Positions 59,595 to 64,000 of a stretch of DNA of 64,000 nucleotides are shown piece after piece. The DNA lies in NCBI GenBank assembly GCA_964016885.1, contig OZ024749.1, positions 12,276,001 to 12,340,000 of the forward strand, in the 5' to 3' direction. The notes under the pieces were generated by a model. That model was not told the origin of the DNA and did no database searches. It saw nothing but the letters and a program-made list of their open reading frames with translations. Numbering within the stretch: position 1 is the first letter of the stretch; each line of letters opens with the position of its first letter. The stretch comes from Eledone cirrhosa. Taxonomy: Eukaryota. A program made the position numbers and the translations under genes.

Positions 59595-61395
59595 GTATGT
59601 ATGAAAGATCATAAGGACAATTTTGAATCTGAGTTACCTGTCAGACTTATAGCTCCATCTAATTATGGCTTAGGTATTATTAGTAAAAACATCTTGGACA
59701 GAATCATACCAGTTCTAAAGTTTCGATCCCAACTAAAATTATGGAATGGTACCAATGAGGTTATTGACTGGTTTACTGAACTTAAAAGTAAAGGCAAGAC
59801 TAAATTTATTCAATTGGATATAACCAATTATTATTCTTCTATTTCTCCAGCATTACTTAACAAAGCCTTATCATATGCAACAAAATTAACAGACCTTTTG
59901 AGTGATGAAATTGATATTATCCTTACTGCTAGAAAGACTATTATTGATTTCAATGGTGATCTATGGACTAGAGCCAGTAGACCTGGAAATTTCGACATTA
60001 CTATGGGATCTACAGACTCAGCTCAAGTCACTGACCTTGTTGGAATTTTCATCCTTAACCTAATTCACAGAAGATTACCTGAACTTGGCGGAAGTTTATA
60101 TCGTGATGACGCTCTTTTTATATTAATTAACCATAATAATGGTGTCCTTAATAAGAAAAAGAAAATTATAACTGACTTTTTTAACAATTACGGCATTAAA
60201 CTTGAAATTGAAAATAATAATAGAATAGTTAATTTTCTAGATATAACATTAAACCTTAAATCTGGTCTTTACAACCCATTCCATAAATTAAATGAAAACC
60301 TTAATTATGTTAGCTTCCATTCAAACCACCCAAGAAATGTTAAAAAGGCCATAGTTAACTGCGTTCAGCAAAGAATCTCTAGACTAATAAGAAAATTTGT
60401 GATAATAAGGCTAAGTACTATAACGATGCATTAAATAAAGCAGGTTACCCTGATAAAATTGAATATATAGATAAACATGTTTACTCCCACCCATATATAA
60501 ATCAACATTCATTTAATATCAATACTAATGCACATACATCTCATAAAAATTATAATAATGCTAATATCCATAACATAAGCCATACAATGAGACCAATTCA
60601 GTCATATAATAGATAAAACACCTATAAACCCAATAAGCTTTGTAAAAGAATCTGTTCATTCTATTTTATGGTATTATCCACCACTAACCCTAGGAATCAA
60701 GAAAAACTTAGCTTACCTCTTCTTCAATGCTTCCCCAAAATGCATAAATATAGTGGAATTTTTAATAGTCATACAATTAAACTCTCATACTCAACCCCTA
60801 TGAATATTGCCCAAAATATAGTTAAAATTAATAATAGAAATCTTGGAACTATTCATAGGGAATTAACACCTAATGATAATCACTAATAGAATAAACAACT
60901 TCTCAGTTCGCAACAATTATACAAATAACATAGATCATGAAAACCTTATGAACTACGAAAACAGAGTGGCATCATTAAATAACAGCGTAGGTAATTGTAA
61001 TTATAAAAATAGTTATGCTTGCCCATTAATTAATAAGACTCTTGACCGTAATTTAGTTTACAAATGATTTGTTAAAACAAAAGATAAGTCTTATAATTAT
61101 ATTGGTGCAATTTCCTCTAAATTTAAAGAAAGGTGGTATAATCACTGCCACACGTTCAAAAGAGAGGACAAGAGATTTAGTACCGCTTTATCTGAATTAA
61201 TTTGGTCACTTAAAAATAATAATATAGAATATTCTCTTTCTTGCACAACTTTCTAATGCTTTACCTTATATAAATTCTTCTATTTCTAAGAGTTGTACCA
61301 CTGAAATTCTTTATATTCTTAATAATAGAAAACTATTTATTAATAAACGTGCCTCCATCGTTTCTCAAAAACATTTCATAGAGTTTTTAGTTAAG
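59595..61395 (+). mobile_element. Penelope-like element (RT + GIY-YIG), 5'-truncated and frameshifted
   Basis: KDHKDNF..VRLIAP, FDITMGS, LYRDD, FLDITLNL and SNHP, with the GIY-YIG region YNYIG..FKERWYNH..STALS. An AT-rich 3' part probably continues after 63294. Confidence 0.88.
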
Positions 61396-61470
61396 TTTTA
61401 AAATAGATAACATAATAGTGAATATTCCTTTATATATAGTTTTTAATTCTTGCCTCCACCTATTCTCGAA

Positions 61471-63277
61471 TATAGACGCTCTTTTCATTGTACGACAACT
61501 ACAGGAGAAGTACCTAGCTAAAAGTAAACCCCTATACTTAGCTTTTGTCGACTTGGAGAAAGCCTTCGACAGAGTCCCCCGTTCCATTATCTGGTGGTCT
61601 CTTAGAAAACTAGGTGTTGACGAATGGCTTGTGAGAGCTATACAAGCCATGTATAAAGAAACAGTCAGTAAGGTTAGAATTAACAACGAATATAGTGAAG
61701 AGTTTAGCGTAAAAGTTGGTGTCCATCAGGGCTCTGTACTTAGCCCCCTACTATTTATTATTGCCCTTCAGGCTATAACAGAGGAGTTCAAGACCGGCTG
61801 CCCATGGGAACTCCTATACGCAGATGATCTAACGCTCATAGCTGAATCAATGACCGAACTAGAGAAGAAATTCCAAACGTGGAAGCACGGCCTAGAATCA
61901 AAAGGCCTTAAAATTAACCTGGCTAAGACTAAAGTTCTAGTTTGTAGGAAAGAAAATAAGGCGGCGGTCCCATCGGGGAAATGGCCATGCTCAGTGTGTA
62001 GGAAAGGCGTAGGTAGAAACTCCATTTTATGTCCCAAATGCAAAGTATGGGTGCATAAAAGATGTAGTGGGATCACAGGTAAGCTAACTAAGAACATAGA
62101 TTTTACATGTGGCCGGTGCTCTGGTGCAATAAGTAGCAGCAAGTGCCCACAAAATACTAGCTCCTTCAACTGCGCAGAGGGTTCTATAGAAATAGTGGAC
62201 AGCTTCCGTTATCTGGGTGACAAAATCAGCAGTGGGGGAGGGTGCTCTGAAAGTACAGTAGCTAGAGTCAGAACTGGATGGAAAAAGTTCAGAGAGCTTA
62301 TACCACTATTAGCCGCTAGAGGGTTCTCCCTAAAAATGAAAGGCAGGTTATACGATGCCTGCATACGAACAGCAATGCTGCATGGCAGTGAGACCTGGGC
62401 ATTGTGTGCAGAGGATATACGCAGACTAGAGAGGAACGAAGCTTGCATGCTCCGCTGGATGTGCAATAGTAATATACGTGAACGGCAAAGCATAAACGAA
62501 CTAAGGAAAAAATTAGAAATAAGAGGGATCAGATGTTTACTCGAGAGAAGGCTACGTTGGTACGGTCACGTGATGCGCATGAAAGACGACAGCTGTATAA
62601 CAAAGTGCAGGGCAATAAAGATAGACGGTAGCCACGGAGTAGGCAGACCCAGAAAAACATGGGACGAGCTGATAAATTCCGACCTCACACGCTTACACCT
62701 CTCCAAGACAATGTCACTGGACCGAGACCTTTGGCGGTACTCAGTAATAGAGAAGACCCGCCTTACCTAAATACAAAGTAAAAACCTACTACAGTCAGTA
62801 GGCACCTCTATCAAAACACACCCCCGTCCCACCACCTCCACCCCACCCACACCGCCCCTTTCAATGTAAAGTTATGTTGGTCCCACAACATCCAGGCCGA
62901 AACAAATGAGATCGTGTAGGTGTCACGACAAAAAACACACAGTCCACGCTGTAAATGTGGCCGTGTAGGCAACACGGTAAAAACCTCCCAGCCCCACACT
63001 GTAAATGTGGTTGGTGTTAGGAAGGGCATCCAGCTGTAGAAAACCCGCCAGACAGTCCACGCTGTAATGTGGCCGTGTAGGCAACACGGTAAAAACCTCC
63101 CAGCCCCACACTGTAAATGTGGTTGGTGTTAGGAAGGGCATCCAACTGTAGAAAACCCGCCAGACAGTCCTATGCGAGCAAGACAACCACTCTTGCCTCA
63201 AGTGGGAAAACCCCCGTCCAAACCCATGCAAGCGTGGAACACGGACGCTAAACCTGATGATGATGATGATGATGATT
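61471..63277 (+). mobile_element. Young RTE LINE, 5'-truncated, ORF2 open to its stop at 62770
   Basis: About 430-aa uninterrupted RT/PHD-like/C-terminal frame. 3'UTR has a duplication of about 113 bp and a (gat)n tail. 17-bp flanking duplication tagagtttttagttaag at 61379-61395 and 63278-63294. Confidence 0.93.
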
Positions 63278-64000
63278 TAGAGTTTTTAGTTAAGCTTTAT
63301 ATATAATTTTAAATGATCTTTTAAAAAATCTAGATTATACGACAAAATAAGTTAACTAAGTTTTTCCTCTATAAATAATCTTCCTCCATTACAATTTTTC
63401 ATCTACTTTAACTTTAGGTTGTATCTAAATAAATTAAATTCAATATAAACTGATAAATTCGGCAATAATACATACATTTTTTCTTTATAAATAGTTACAC
63501 AAAGTATGTATAGTCTCTCCTATACATATATTAACTACTTAAATAAGATTGTTGAATTGATAAATTTCACATAGATAATTATTTCCCTTCTTTTAAAATA
63601 AATAATTTATCACATAACAATATAACCTACTTAATTATATATATAAAAAAAAAACCACATCAATTATTAAATAATTTTCTACTCAATAATTTCAGTATCT
63701 AATTATACATAAACAAAGAAAACTTTCCCACAAATTCTGTAATCCAAATTCTTTCCCCCTTTATTATTATATTTTCATAATACTACTTTCGTTTCCTAGA
63801 ATATTTTTTTCATTTTTTCCTTTAATATAATATATATTTTTGATTTATTTTAATTGATTATAAGCAACATATAGACTGAATAACGGTCAATTTTTGATTT
63901 GTTTTTTGACCAATCTAATTACACTATATTTTAAATAATTTATGAAACATTTAAACCAACTGTAATGCATTCTCCCAGTCAAGTAACCTCCTATGTGTTG

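Noticed and set aside
61418-61470. N-terminus of the 450-aa ORF as a real start
   Set aside because: It is chance read-through into flanking sequence; the LINE is 5'-truncated.
58897-64000. PPT1 exon 1 (signal peptide, WHGMG)
   Set aside because: No matching sequence was found, and the region is Penelope/RTE-derived. The exon probably lies beyond the window.

Overview
AT-rich, repeat-dense animal genomic DNA. The repeat families look octopod/cephalopod-like; this is inferred from recognition, not from a search. One host gene is recoverable: palmitoyl-protein thioesterase 1 (PPT1) on the minus strand. Nine coding exons lie between 58896 and 19377, all with GT-AG sites, and the Ser/Asp/His triad is intact. 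Exon 1 was not found and probably lies beyond 64000. The exon sizes match the vertebrate gene as I recall it, except that vertebrate exon 5 is split into an 88-nt exon and a 15-nt microexon (34575-34589) that the ORF track does not show. The rest is mobile and repetitive DNA: a young GC-rich LTR retrotransposon with a DIRS-like RT/RNase H and a DDE integrase; RTE LINEs; R4/Dong and CRE RLE-type LINEs; Penelope-like elements; Helitron fragments; hAT, TTAA and foldback MITEs; two tRNA-derived SINE families; and about 10 minisatellites, several grown from transposon termini. The best leads are a complete hammerhead ribozyme fold on the PPT1 sense strand in intron 3, near-identical inverted SINE pairs bracketing PPT1 exons, a 38-bp array carrying IR1 and AP-1 motifs in most units, and repeated minisatellite birth from one RTE 3' tail.
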